Source: Octopus sinensis (Eukaryota). Taken from it: a DNA stretch of 64,000 bases. Made by a program: the position numbers and the translations under genes. Positions 1 to 14,845 of the stretch are shown piece after piece; the first letter of the stretch is position 1; the number at the start of each line of letters is the position of its first letter. Below the pieces are notes generated by a model. The model worked only from the letters and a program-made list of their open reading frames with translations, did not search any database and was not told where the DNA came from. The stretch spans positions 162,378,001 to 162,442,000 of the forward strand of contig NC_043000.1 of NCBI RefSeq assembly GCF_006345805.1, given 5' to 3'.

Positions 1-758
1 AGCGACTCCTACGCCTTGAAATTATTTATATCTTTTCAACGCAGTGCTACTTTACCTTTATTCAAAGAGGTACAAACTTAGCATGTCCTAACACAGAGAT
101 TCGCAAGAGTATGAATGCTTTGTTTGCTAATCTCAAACAAATACAGCTGTGCTGAACTAGACATATCAGTATGTCTGTCTGTAGACTTACTAGACTTCAA
201 TATGAGAGACACAAGAAAAATACAGTGCTGATCATTTTGAGTATTCCCGAGCCGAGCTTCGTGTTGGAACTGACAGTTGTAGTCTCTTTGTTGCATAAGA
301 GGATAGCAGACAAAGATTATATTATCTGCCAATAACAGTGAACAGAATAATTCTAGTAATATTGCTATGTGTATAAACAGCATAAATAAACAAATTTCAT
401 GAATTTCCCGGAGTTCAGTCCTCCAACGATGCGATTTTTTCCGTGTTACCTTAAATTAGAAAATAATATTTCGTTAAGTAGGCGCTTTTTACCGCAAGCT
501 CAGACTTCATGTAAGAAATATGTGGTTGCTTGTATGGGTACATATGAGTGTAAGGATCCACACACAGGCAATCAGACACGCATTGCACTCACCGAATAAC
601 ATATTAACAAACGTAATCTATTCAAGAATCTCGCAAGAAAATGTAAAAAATTTCCTGATAAAAAATACATAACTAAAGCATAGTTGCTTCCAACAAAACG
701 TACCTGTAAGTAGATCTCTCACCTACACCCTCCCCCATACATACATGCATACATACCT

Positions 759-796
<38 letters not shown>

Positions 797-831
797 GATG
801 TTTCAAAGACCTTACAATCGTAGACACACTA

Positions 832-1016
832 ATGTATGTATGTATGCATGTATGTATGCATATTTGTATGTATATATGTATGCATGTATGTTATTCTTTT
901 TTATTTCAAGATTTCTAACCAACACAGAAAGAACCGGTTTCTAACTTCATTAGAATTTCGTATGTATGCATGTATGTATGTATGTATGTATTTATGTATG
1001 TATGTATGTATGTATG

Positions 1017-1050
<34 letters not shown>

Positions 1051-1140
1051 TGTATGTATGTATGTATGTATGTATGTATGCATGTATTTATGTATGTATG
1101 TACCTACGTACGTATGTTTCTATCTATCCATCTATCTATC
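832..1140. repeat. (TATG)n / (TCTA)n microsatellite cluster
   Basis: Direct reading; explains the MYVC/HTYI ORFs at 836-1253. Confidence 0.95.
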
Positions 1141-1633
1141 TCTTACGCAGCCACCATGACACCCTATTTATAGACAGGAGTTATGCTAGTGCCCTGATCT
1201 CTGAAGCGCAACGAAACTTTTCACGTTTCATAATTCACGGTAATATTTGTTGAATATAACATTTCTTTGCTTTTTTAATGTTTATATGCTAATTATTGTT
1301 TCAGTTTCCACAAACCATCCAAGATCAACTCAAATACCTACTAACTACAAGTTCAAGTGAAGAGAGTCTTAATCAATAAACCGTTTGGACCATATCTGGC
1401 TCTCAACTATTTTACCTGTTTCATGTTCAGCCTCTCACACCCACCCCACAATGTCTTGCAATAAACAAACAGTCGCATTATCGAAATCTAGAAACTATTA
1501 TAAGATATTGCAAGATTAATTCAAAGCAATGTAGATAAATAAACATTACATTTCACATAGTAATCTGCAAAGTAAATGGAGTCATGTCCTCCTCTTTTAT
1601 TTTTCAAAATCTTTTAAAGATTCTCTCAGTTAT

Positions 1634-1671
<38 letters not shown>

Positions 1672-2309
1672 TATTCTACATCCTTGGCATTGAATTTCTC
1701 TCTGACCTCACTCACTCTATCACTCTCATCTTTCTACCGGATTCTCTAACCCTTCTCACTAACGATATCCATACTTTTCTTTCTCATCACCCACCCCCTA
1801 CTATATATTCCTTTCTTCTTACTCTCTCCTCCTCTCTCTCTCTCTCTCCTTCTTCAGCTTTTCTCTTCATTCCTGGTTCTCTCTACCTATCTTCACACAC
1901 CGTTTTTACTCTCTCTACATCTCTTGGCATTTTCTTTTTATGTCTGGTTATCCATCCATCTCTGCTATTTCTCTCACCCCGAACCCTTTTCTCTCACTGA
2001 CTATTTTGATTTATCTCCGGCCTCTTCAGCCCCACCATCTCTCGCTTTCCCTCTCTTTGTCTCTCTCTCTCTCTCTCTCCACAACTCTTTCTCAGTCTGC
2101 CTGTCTAACCTTTTCCGTCTCTATTTTTTTTTTTCTTTCTCTTCTCTCTCTTTCTTTCCCTTGCACTCTTCATTGGTCACATGCTAATTTCTGGCAACGT
2201 TTCGTTCCAGCTTACTGAGTACACAAAATTCCAGCGGATGAAAGAACAGCAGTAAAATATGCACTTTACTTCACACAAACGAGCACACACACACACATTC
2301 ACACACACA

Positions 2310-2347
<38 letters not shown>

Positions 2348-2779
2348 AACACACACACACACACACAGATACACACACACACACAAACTTCCATGAACGC
2401 ATACAAAAAAGGAGTATATGTTTACGTAATTAAGTTTGTATAACGCATATCGTATAAATCAATAAGTACATGTATGTGTGTATATATGTGTGCTTTTGCT
2501 TGTGGGTAATTGTGAAGTACTTAGATGTTTTATATGCGTATATATAAGAATATCTGTGTAGATATATAGATATGTGTAGAATGTTACACATGCCGACAGG
2601 CACACATAAAAAACATATACACACTCATGTATATGTATGTATGCATGTTAGTCGGTATGTATGTATTTATGTATGAATGTACGTATGTGAGTCTATGTAA
2701 GTACATGTACATAGATATTTGAAATATATAAAATCCACTATACATCCTTCTGGCCATCTGCAATCCGTTCATTCAGTCA

Positions 2780-3345
<566 letters not shown>

Positions 3346-3873
3346 ACAGTCTATTTATGTTGCATAACAAGTTGAATCAGCTCGAAAATAGATGTAAGAC
3401 ATTGCCAGATTCTATTTATGGAGGAGTGAACAATAAGACTTAAAGCAATAAAATGTCTACTTCTCCCGTTGCAAACCACCACCGCCATCACACATTCCAC
3501 CAATACCACCAGCATCACACCACAATCACCACCGCCACCGCCACCGCCGCCGCCGCCGCCGCCTCCACCACTACCACCGCCACCCACCGACGTTGACACT
3601 GACAATAAATTAATGTAGTAATATTGATATATATATATAACAATGACAACAGCAACAACAACAACAATAATAATAATTAAAAGGCAATAAATGTAACGTG
3701 TTTTGTAAGCACGAAATAAGGAAATATAAAAATACAAACATCGTCGAGCAAAGAAATAGTGAGGAGATGACAAAGAAGCGTAGCTATGTGTATATATGGG
3801 CGTGTGTATATGAGTGTATGCGCACATGCTTCTCTTTGTGTACGCGTGAGTGTTTGCCTGAATGAATATATAT

Positions 3874-3923
<50 letters not shown>

Positions 3924-4717
3924 TATTCACACATACACACACATATATATGTATATAATAGTGTATATAGATATATATGTATGTATCTATACATACATAC
4001 ATACTTACATATATAATATATATATATTATATATATATATATATATACCACCCCTATATATGTATTTATGTATGTATTTATGTATGTATGCATGCATGCA
4101 TGTATGTATGTATGTATGTATGTATGGTAGTATGTATGCATGTATTATGTATGTATGTATGTATGTATGTATGTATGTATGAATGTATGTATGTATGTAT
4201 GTATGTGTATAAGCAGAATGTAACCTTGTGTCTGCGTGTGTAGGCGTAAATATGAAAGAAAATGATGGAATAGATCTTTAGTGTTTGGACAGAGCTTGCA
4301 CGCGAGATATTGTATTAGATTGTATAGCACAGAATTATTCCATTGTCCCTTGATCATTAGAATAAGCCACATAATAACTAAGGTTTGGTTGAAGTCAGTC
4401 GAACTCCTTAACATACATTTCGTCCCTCTATCTCTCCCGCATACCTCTGACTCTTACTCACAGCCTCCACTCACTCACCTTTCCATTACATTCATCAAAC
4501 TTTCATCCCCTTCCTCTCCTTCCTTCTCCGTTGAATGCTACGGCTAAGTGAATCTAGGATAGATAATCAACACCATTGCAGCCAATAAGACGACCCATCC
4601 CGGGATGTTGGACTTGCTATGCTCAGACATAAACACTGTTGTTCTATGCTATTTGTAATGAATACTTTATTGGTTTTTGATAACGACATTTTCTTAAAAC
4701 AGGTAAAACGATATATA

Positions 4718-4751
<34 letters not shown>

Positions 4752-4886
4752 GCCGCGCGCACACAATCACACAGAAGGAGAGTGGGAGAGAAAGAATGAG
4801 GAGAAGAGATAGTTTTGAAATACGAGGGACCAGCTCTGCATAAGTCTTACAAATATTAGGCAATGATCAAAACAGAGGACAAAACG

Positions 4887-4889
4887 ATG

Positions 4890-4920
<31 letters not shown>

Positions 4921-5053
4921 GTGTATGTCTGTGTGTATGTGTGTGTATGTGTGTGTGTATGTGTGTGTGTGCATGTGTGTGTATGTGTGTGTATGTGTGT
5001 GTATGCGTGTGTGTATGTGTGTGTATGTGTGTGTGTTTGTGTGTATGTGTGTG

Positions 5054-5089
<36 letters not shown>

Positions 5090-5120
5090 CGTGTGTGTGT
5101 GTGTGTGCGTGTGTGTAGTG
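4887..5120. repeat. (GT)n/(GTAT) compound microsatellite
   Basis: Direct reading. Confidence 0.95.
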
Positions 5121-5164
5121 TGCATTTACATATTCTTTTACTCTTTTACACGTTTCAGATATTT

Positions 5165-5262
5165 CACTGCAGCCGTGCTGTGAAATCGACGCCAATACCT
5201 ATTATTCGTAATCCTAGTACCTATTCTATCGGGGTCTTAGGCCGAACCGCTAAGTTACGGTT
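5165..5262 (-). mobile_element. SINE-A 3' fragment, degenerate
   Basis: Reverse complement reads CCGTAACTTAGCGGTTCGGC..GATAGAATAGGTACTAGG, matching the SINE-A tail at 8184-8235. Confidence 0.75.
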
Positions 5263-5794
5263 GAGCGATGGTGAGGACACAGACATACACGCATAAACCT
5301 CTATGTGTTTAATTGCGTGTGTATATATATATATATACATACATGTATACATACATACATGTATACATACATTCATACATACATACATACATACATACAT
5401 ACATACATACATACATAACATACATACATACTTACATACATACAGAAAAAAGAGACTTTACATTTTCAAATCATATAGGACATCATTTTCCATTAGCGTA
5501 TTATTTCCCATGTCTTGTCTTAATGCCATCTCATAGCCGTAAGGCGTTTATTTTGTATTTATATTTATAATTTTACCATCTTCCTGTGTCGTTTGTTTGT
5601 CGTCGTAACCGCCCTTTACGTTCACTCACTCCCAGTAGCTTTATGACGTTGACGCCGCCAAAATGAAGTATATTGTCAAAGGCGCGAAATTGCTTTGATT
5701 GTTGGAAGATAAGTGATGAGGAAAAAGCATGTACACGTCTGACGTGTGAATTTTCCGCATGCTACTTTGTAGTTCTTGAGTGCAATTTTTGAAT

Positions 5795-5827
<33 letters not shown>

Positions 5828-5844
5828 ATGTATATATGTCCCCC

Positions 5845-6020
5845 GTTTTGTATCATCTGTTTGGATGTTTTCCGTTCTTGTCCTATTTTTTGTATTCCTC
5901 ATATATATATATATATATAATATATATATATATATATTATATATATATATTATTTATATAGTTTAAATTTATAGAAAAGCAAAAATGAAAAAGTATTTGC
6001 GTTTCGAGTCGAACATGGCG
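5845..6020 (+). mobile_element. Dispersed repeat P1 fragment (PLE-terminal-like)
   Basis: TTTTGTATCATCTG..GGATGTTTT..GTTCTTGTCC is shared with 48800-48845. Confidence 0.5.
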
Positions 6021-6048
6021 AATACTGCATATATATATATATTAAGTT

Positions 6049-6088
<40 letters not shown>

Positions 6089-6802
6089 ATATCTATCTAT
6101 CTATCTATCTATCTATGATATAAATTCAATAGTTATAGGGAGGCGCCACTCATAGTAGTGGAAGAGGATATAATTTCGTGTCTATATATGTATAAGAATA
6201 GATATATTAAGAATTCATATGAAAAGGAGTAAAAGAGACAATGCGTAAAAATATGTTTTGGAAACAGCGTTGGATTGAAAGTGACAGAATCCAAGACAAT
6301 GAGAGATAGAGAAAAAGAAAAGAGAGGAAAAAGAGAACAAAAAGAGAAAAGGAGAAACAGAAAAGCTTTTATGAGGGTCAATAAAGTTTTTTCTATATAA
6401 AGATCTTAGCTAGATGGGCTATTTACAAATATCATGAAAATATCATCAATGTAGCATCAGAAGCACACGCGTGCACCCACGAGCACGCTTACCCACGCAC
6501 TCACACACACACATACACGCATGCACACACATCTATACGGTTGCACAGTGCATGTACTCGAAGAAAGCAGATTACGTAGAAACATCAAAAGCGTAGAACG
6601 AAATACAAACGAATTTTATTCTTTTAAAGAAATGAAAGCACCCGTCAATATTTCATTATAATAGCCACAGCGGGATTAGGAAAGATCGATTTAGCAGTTG
6701 GGCTCATTCTTGGAGCTTATAAACAGCGGATAACTCAAGTGCAGTATTTGGAATCTGTTACTATTAATGCTGTTAATATTTTGTAAATGTTGATAATTAC
6801 AT

Positions 6803-6972
6803 AGACATGAGTGGGTATGGCAATGTGGTAAGAAGTCCGCTTCGCAACCGTGTGTTTCGAGTTCAATATCACTGCGCGGCACCTTTGTCAAGTGTTTTCT
6901 ACTAAATCTCCGGGCCGACCGATGCGTTGGGAGTGAATTTGGTTGACGGAAACCGCACAGAAACCTGTCGTA
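6803..6972 (+). mobile_element. SINE-A 5' half, degenerate
   Basis: GTGGTAAGAAGT..GAGTTCAAT..CTGCGCGGCACC..GGGCCGACC..GACGGAAA aligns with 7948-8095. Confidence 0.8.
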
Positions 6973-6974
6973 GA

Positions 6975-7210
6975 CATACATACAAACATACATACATGCA
7001 TACATACATGCATACATACAAACATACATACATGCATACATACATACATGCATACATACATGCATACATACATACATACATGCATACACGCATACATGCA
7101 TACATGCATACATGCATGTATGCATGCATACATGCATGCATACATGCATGCATACATGCATACATACATACATACATGCATACATACATACATACATGCA
7201 TACATACATG
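6975..7210. repeat. (CATA)/(CATG)n microsatellite
   Basis: Direct reading. Confidence 0.95.
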
Positions 7211-7313
7211 TGTATGTGCGTGTGTGCGCGCGCGCGGGTGTGGAATGGTATTGCTTATTCAGGTGATATTGAAATAGTACTCTGGAGTGTTGTTAATATG
7301 TAGGAAGTTTCTT

Positions 7314-7520
7314 AGGCGGCGTGCTAGCAGAATCGTTAGCATGCCGGGCAAAACGATTAGCGACATTTCGGCCGTCTTGACGCTCTGAGCTCAATTTCCA
7401 CCGAGGTAGACTTGGCCTTTCATCTTATTCGAGGTGGATAAAATAAGTACCGGTTGAATACTGGGGGTCAATGTAATCGACTAACCTCTTACTGGCCTTG
7501 AGCCAAAATTTGGAACCAAT
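7314..7520 (+). mobile_element. SINE-B monomer, degenerate
   Basis: AGGCGGCGTGCTAGCAGAATCGTTAGC head, core CCGAGGTAGACTT..CCTTTCATC, tail GGCCTTGAGCCAAAATTTGGAACCA. Confidence 0.85.
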
Positions 7521-7863
7521 ATGGACGAAGATTTTGCATCTAATCGTAGACTTTATTAGGGCTCTTAGGCTCTTCTGCTGACATGTGCAGGTATATTATA
7601 GATTGTATAGTAAAGTTGTCTGTTTATAGCCCAGTAAACGGGTCCGGAAACAGGAGCTCTAGGTGTACACTTGCACCCCGCTACATACGTGTTTCAGGCT
7701 TAGAAAATAGTGTTTAAAAATTGATCCGTAAAAAGTTGGTTGAAATTAGATTTCTTCACAAAATAAGAACAAAGAACTAAAATAAATAAAAAGAAAATCC
7801 CCGTTAAATCCCTAGAAAGATATATTACTGAACTAAAGCACCCTCAACATTAAAATTAAAATT

Positions 7864-7898
<35 letters not shown>

Positions 7899-7947
7899 GT
7901 ATGTGTGTGTATGTGTGTTGTGTGTATGTGTGTGTGTGTGTGTGTGT

Positions 7948-8318
7948 GTGGTAAGTAGCTTGCTTACTAACCACATGGCTCCGGGTTCAGTTTCACTGCG
8001 TGGCACCTTGGGCAAGTGTCTTCTACTATAGCCCTCGGGCCGACCAAAGCCCTGTGACTGGATTTGGTAGACGGAAACTGAAAGAAGCCTGTCGTATATA
8101 TGTATATGTATATATATGTATGTGTATGTGTGTGTGTTTGTCCCCCAGGATCGCTTGACAACCGATGGTGGTGTGTTTACGTCCCCGTAACCTAGCGGTT
8201 CGGCAAAGAGATCGATAGAATAAGTACTAGGCTTACAAAGAATAAGTCCTGGGGTCGATTTGCTCGACTAAAGGCGGTGCTCCAGCATGGCTACAGTCAA
8301 ATGACTGAAACAAGTCAA
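7948..8318 (+). mobile_element. SINE-A, near full length (tRNA-derived head, internal TA/TG microsatellite)
   Basis: GTGGTAAGTAGCTTGC, B-box-like GGGTTCAGTTTC, tail ending AAACAAGTCAAAGAG; several homologous copies in the window. Confidence 0.9.
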
Positions 8319-8359
8319 AGAGATACATACAACAGCCACGGCCACTCGCTCAATACAAG

Positions 8360-8426
8360 ACTCCACAATCAAGAGCTCTTCACAGTTCAACTACTTCCTC
8401 ATTTCCTTGGAATACCAAAAGTGACC

Positions 8427-8459
<33 letters not shown>

Positions 8460-8725
8460 TGTTTTATTGTACCACTACTGCCCTTACAAAAACTAAACAA
8501 TAGCAACAACAATAAGATCATCATTGGAAGTCAATCTTCTATACTAGTACAAGTGATGACCTATTTAACTCCACAATGAAGAGCCCTTCACGGTGTAGCC
8601 ATTCACTTCCTCATTTCATCTGAATACCAAAACTGGCTCATCATCATCATCATCATCATTGCCATCTTGATCTACTGCTATTACCCTTACCACAACTAAA
8701 CAATAGTAACAACAACAAGATCAGC
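8360..8725 (+). repeat. Diverged two-unit tandem duplication, period about 208 bp, each unit with an internal (CAT)n
   Basis: ACTCCACAAT.AAGAGC.CTTCAC.G at 8360 and 8568; both continue ..GAATACCAAAA..(CAT)n..AACTAAACAATAG.AACAACAA. Confidence 0.8.
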
Positions 8726-9269
8726 ATACTAGAACACTCATTGACCTACTAAACAACACAGTCTCTTCTCTGCAGCCAAGCCGCTGAAGTTCTTCTCAGA
8801 ATAACACGAGGGTTCCATCATCGCCATTGTCATCCAATTCTATTGCACTACCATTACCACTACTACCACTCCACTTAGTGAAGTACCACTCCTTTTTCCC
8901 CCACTCTCCACCTCAATCTGAACGTATACCTGACAGCTCCATCATAAATCTGCCAACTGTAAATAAAAGAAAATTAGGAACACACGAAACCCCCAAATTT
9001 GTCGCTATTCTCAACACGAGGGGCTGTGCGTGTGCAGTGACTGTAACTTCACCATTTACCTGAGACAAGACGCACAACTCGTACAAGCAATACCAACCAA
9101 CACCAAACCACACATTTTACAGCACCACCACCACCACCACCACCACCACCACCACCACCATCACCACCACCACTACTAAATGCTAAATAACACATAATAG
9201 CTTTTACACATGTAACCTGGAATCCTAAGATCTGTTGCTTGATGTCTGACTGTCCCTTCACTTATCTTC

Positions 9270-11830
9270 CAGGGACTCGATGCACTAACTAGTAAAGCAA
9301 AACACCAAAACACCATCAAATCCACAGTAGAAATATCCATTACAAGACAGTATTGGTGCAGATTTTCGTCGAAACCCAGAAGTCACCAAGATATCTACTG
9401 GGTACAATAGTAAAACCACAGCCGCAATCCATATAGCTATAACCATATCCAGCAGTGCAACAATACCAATTCCAGACAACAACTCCCGTCAAAACAAGAA
9501 AATTATTTTTTAACGATGATGAATGAGGCGAAAGACAATAAAATCTTCTAGCTCTCGTGCAGGACCAGCCAATGCCACTACCCCAATGTACAACCACACC
9601 ATTGCTGTTTAATTACCCACAATCTCAACTCAGTAATAATGTCGAATGTACAAGGTCTTTCACACTTTACAAATCAGACAAAAGTATTATATCTTAGAGA
9701 CCTTGCACAGCGACAAAAGACAATATGTGACAGGCACCTGACCCAGGCATATTGGATGCGGAAGTACATAAGTCAGGCTATTTACTATTCAGAATTAACT
9801 TTAGAATACGGAAACAAGGAGAAATAGCGATCTTCATCCAAAAAGACCCAGCAACAAATGTTCTCTGCTCCCACCCCAACACAGTGTGCGATACACTAAT
9901 AATGCATGTGGTTGATCTCAATTTGATCATAAACATTACCTACTCTCTTCCTGATGCAGCCTGCCACGGAGATTACTTCAAAGATGCTTCGTTGCCCATA
10001 AGTCAAACCCCAAATGAGGCCAGCCCACAGGCCAATGTACTTTTAGCAAGGGACTTTGATTTTCCTAGTCTCAGCTAACCTGACGGTTATACCCAGACTA
10101 CAATTAAACAACTGAACACGAGAGATACGAATACTCTTCTCGATACCACTAAAGACTTCCTCATGTGACAGCTATTTCCGACCATAACATTATACAAGTA
10201 TAAAGGAGGGCAACACACAGAAATAACGTCAAACAGCTCACTCCGCATGAACTTGAATTTCAGTGGAAGGAAATTGAAACTGGAATCCTCGAAACAAACT
10301 GGTCTCTGCATATTGGGAATCCCAATGTTAACGAAGGAATGAAGTTTCTGTACGAAGAGTTAATCAGGATCTGTTGAAAGCATGCGCCATATAAACACCC
10401 CTATTCCCGCAAGCACTTGATTCCGAGAGAAAGACGGATTCCAAGAGAAAGACGAATGTGTAACAGAACGAAACCAACAAAACAGCAAAAAACTAAACTC
10501 TCTCAACAGTTGAGACAGAGAAAAAAATTTTTTTTAAATAAAATCGAACTGCACCTAAAATTATCTCATGAAAAAGAAATTTCGTTAAGGGAACAACAAG
10601 CAGTGTAAAATATAAAATCGATTTCTAAGTTCTTTTTCCACTTTGCTAAACAAAAGTCAGCTACTCATAACCAGATTGGCTCTCTACTGGATCGAAATGG
10701 ATCATATACAAATGATTCATCACAGATATGCTCGTTCTTGAGCTGACATTATGACAGTGCATTTTACCATCCTATAGTTAACAAAATAATATATGAGCCA
10801 AATGAATTCTTTGACTCTTAGAACTTACCTGAAGAGACACATTTAAAAATTAATGACATGATAGATGATATACTTACAGAAAATGGCCCAGATTGAAACC
10901 CTGCATCTGGACCAGATGGTCTCCCAGCCATACTGCTAAAAACGTGCAAAAACGGCCTTGTAAAATCACTAAAAATACTATTTCAAAAGTTGCTAGATAT
11001 CGTCAAAATTCCAGATCTGCTAAGAGACGCAAAAGTAGGATCTGCACATAAAGGAAAGTAGCAGGACTGAAGCTAAAAATTTATCTCGTTTCTCTCACAT
11101 CTCACACAACTGAAATAATGAAACGCATTGACCTAAATAGAATTATTACATACCTTGAGAAAAACAATCACGTAGATGACATGACGAAGTTGCCTTTCAC
11201 AACTATTACAGCACCATAACACTATTCTTAATAATCTCTTGTGAGGAAAGGACACTGACTGTATATACTTTGATTTTGTTAAGGCGTTTGATAAGTTTGT
11301 TCAAGGAACCATCTGTCATAAGGTGAAGGATCTTGGAAAACTCAGAAAATGGCCCTTTGACTTCCTTTACGGTAGGAGCTAATCTGTGGCTGGAAATGTT
11401 TTTCTGTCAGCAAAGTCACCTCAGAGACTATAATTATTTATCATCAACCTATCAGAAGTGCAAAGCTTTACCTGTAAGCCAACTATTCCATCTTTGGAAA
11501 GAAAGAATTAAGGAGTATTTTTAATAAAAGACGTTATTACTGAGGAGACACTGACTAAGGAGATTATGGATGTGTTTTGTTGGCTAAACCTTTTTATGGT
11601 TTCAAAATTATGCTGCTTTCGCCTCCGATGGTGTATGTACGATGAGCAGAAACATGTCTGGCATGCAAGAGAGATCAAAAGCATGTTTCTTAATAGTATT
11701 TTATATACTGCGGAAACCCCTCTCTGCACTTTGTCCTCTAAAAAGTTGGATCTACGGTTGCCCTGGTTACTGATGCATGGAACTTTGTCGCTAGAACACC
11801 AGTCTTCTGAAAGCTCTATGGACAAGTCTT
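9270..11830 (+). mobile_element. Decayed CR1-group LINE (APE endonuclease plus reverse transcriptase remnants)
   Basis: EN: SNVQGL (9639), DAEVHKSGYLLFR..GEIAIFI..LLARDFDFP (9752-10078). RT: GPDGLPAILLKTCKN (from about 10909), DCIYFDFVKAFDK (about 11257-11295). Many stops and frameshifts; ends approximate. Confidence 0.85.
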
Positions 11831-12082
11831 TGTAACGACAATGTCGTCATGTTGCAAGCCTGTGTCTGTTGCATCAAGCGAGAAAATATTCAGCACACTT
11901 CACTGTTTGAAGACTTGACTCCGTACCACAACGACGCGACACTGTCTGATACACTCTGCTGTAATGCATGTACATAAAATCTTGTGCAACGAAAACACTT
12001 TGGCCCTCCTCTTGGAAGACTTCATCGACAAAACGAACCAGTACAGAAAAAATTTTCTATATATAATAATCCTTTCTACTAT

Positions 12083-12468
12083 AAGCACAAGGCCCGAAAT
12101 TTGGGGAGAGGGTGCTAGCCGATTACATCGATCCCGGTACGCAGCTGGTACTTAAGTTATCGACCCCGAAAGGATGAAAAGAAAGTCGACCTCGGCGGAA
12201 TTTGAACTCAGAATGTAGCGGCAGACGAAATACCTATTTCTTTACTACCCACAAGGGGCTAGACACAGAGGGGACAAACAAGGACAGACAAACGGATTAA
12301 GTCGATTACATCGACCCCAGTGCGTAATTGGTGCTTAATTGATCGACCCCGAAAGGATGAAAGGCAAAGTCGACCTCGGCGGAATTTGAACTCAGAACGT
12401 AACGTCAGACGAAATACGGCTACGCATTTCGCCCGGCGTGCTAACGTTTCTGCCAGCTCACCGTCTTT
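12083..12468 (-). mobile_element. SINE-B with two tandem core units
   Basis: Head at 12420-12468, two cores GTCGATTACATCGAC..GAATTTGAACTCAGAA..GACGAAATAC separated by a linker of about 68 bp. Confidence 0.9.
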
Positions 12469-12984
12469 TTTCCGTATATAATAATGCAAAATATTATTCT
12501 ACCTGTGCTTGTTTTGATATTAAGACTGAAAAACAAATTCATCGGCCTTCTTTGTAAAAGGCTTGGACTGAGTTTGCATCCCTGAAGCAAATTTCGTTCC
12601 CGGGCCACTGGTCCTGTCTGATATAAAGTGTCGTATCATGAGCTTAGTTCAGTTATTGAAACAGAGGAGTGAATAGAAAAAAAGAAATTCTTAATATATG
12701 TCAGTGTGTATATTCGTGTTGGTATGTGTGCGTGTGAATAATAGGTAGGAAATAATCCATTTCTTTTTTTAAGGTTGGATAAGAGATGGTTTTTTGCTTA
12801 GAAAAGAAGTGAGAAAATATGCAGGTGTTCAATTTAAAGGCCATCATGTCAGCCACAACAAAGCATTACAGCCACCATTACCCCTCCCACAGTTTTCATC
12901 AGTCGCCCCCTTCCGAACCCACCCTACTTACTACTTCATCTTCAGTCTGACACCACAGCTACCCCTGTTATCATAATAGCCATA

Positions 12985-13020
12985 TCTATCATCATCGTCG
13001 TCGTCGTCGACATCATCATT

Positions 13021-13063
<43 letters not shown>

Positions 13064-13160
13064 GCATCATCATCGTCGTCATCATCTCCACCGCTACCAC
13101 CAAGATCATAACTGCTACCGCCGCCTAGCGCCACCTCGTACCCCCCACCACCACATCACC

Positions 13161-13201
<41 letters not shown>

Positions 13202-13560
13202 CACCACCACCACCACCACCACTATCGCCACCACAGCAGCACCACGACCACCATAAGAGACACATTCTCTGGCCTCAACAGTAGTCAAAAAGACGCCATC
13301 ACAACAATCATCAGCATCGTCCTCATTACAACATTCACAATAGAAATCACGAGTGCAAGTTATGGCTGTACTGCCACTGCCGCCTTTACTACCATCATCA
13401 CAACTACCACCACTACCGCCTCCAACGCCAACACCAGCAATACCATTAATGAATTAATCAATACCACAAAATACCATTACTGGTATGCAACAATCAGAAA
13501 CAAACCACCAATACCATCATGAAAATAATCATTACTACAATGATACCATCGCTACCAACA
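12985..13560. repeat. (ATC)/(ACC)/(ACG) trinucleotide low-complexity tract
   Basis: Direct reading. Confidence 0.85.
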
Positions 13561-13792
13561 TGGACATCAACTATCTTCAGTTACATCAGCAATTAGAACA
13601 ATAATAACCACAAATTATGCATTTAGGTGTTCCTTTTTTGCCCGCTAGAAATAGTAACAAAATCCCCCTTGGTCATCGTCTGAATAAACGGAATCAGTAT
13701 AGCCCCAAATTTAATTTACTGGATTATCATAGATGGAAAATCTTTAATGATACTTCTCCTCGACCAGGGTTGAAACGTGTGTGTGTGTGTGT

Positions 13793-13793
13793 A

Positions 13794-13872
<79 letters not shown>

Positions 13873-13917
13873 ATAAGAGAGAAAGTGAGAGAGAGAGAAA
13901 GAAATAAGAGAGAAAGT

Positions 13918-13967
<50 letters not shown>

Positions 13968-14065
13968 AAGAGAAAGTGAGAGAGAGAGAAAGAGAGAGAG
14001 AAAGAGAAAGAGAGAGAGAGAGAGAGAAAGTGAGAGCGAGAGAGAAAGTGAGAGCGAGAGAGAGT
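13793..14065. repeat. (GA)n/(GAAA) compound microsatellite
   Basis: Direct reading; explains the RERE and SLSL ORFs. Confidence 0.95.
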
Positions 14066-14845
14066 TGCTTGCTAAGCAACAACGACAATACCAAGAACAC
14101 ACAGATGTCATCACTGCTATAACAAATGAAGAAAAGGAAAAATCGGTGTCCCTCTGAGACAAGAGAAACAAAAAGTTATCCTTATCTCGTCCCCATCCCC
14201 CAGCACCCACTTCTGGACACTTTCACAATCACTGTACTCCTCCCGCCCCCCACTCGCTATCACCTTGCGCATCATCATTTTTCACTCCATTCAGTCTCTT
14301 CTGCTCCTAAATGCTTTCTCTGTTTTTGTTTATCTGTCATGTGCCATCCGAATCTGGCACCTGCAACTGTTTCTTGGAAACTAGCCTCATCACACATATT
14401 GTGACATCGTTGAGAGCTTCAGAAAAAAAGCGCCACTCCCACCACACATCCAGCACACACACACACACACACACACACACGCGCGCGCATAATATTCACA
14501 CACACATTCATCTACACACAAGCACGCATACGTGCATATGCACACACACGTCCGTATCCCCAAGCAAACATACCCTGATTTACAAGTACACATTCTCCCA
14601 TATAAATAAACACACTAGAGAGACACACGCTACTACATACTCACCTCACGCACAAACACAATTGCATTCTCGTACATACATATACACATGCATTCCCACA
14701 ACCTCAGGGCTTCATCCACACGTTTCTCTGTTTTTTATTCTTCATCTACCACCCCATTCTCATAATTTCTATTCATCGATGGTAATATCCTCGATGGTAA
14801 TATACAAAAATCTCCACGAGATTTTAAGTTGCCAATATTTACTCT

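Noticed and set aside
399-640. Possible very old Penelope endonuclease remnant (PCYLKL..YECKD..GNQTR)
   Set aside because: The resemblance to PLE linker and GIY-YIG motifs is too weak to support by eye
2185-2260. Branch-point-like GCTAAT and acceptor TTCCAG followed by LTEYTKFQRMKEQ (plus)
   Set aside because: Short, weak donor, stop soon after, no supporting neighbouring exon
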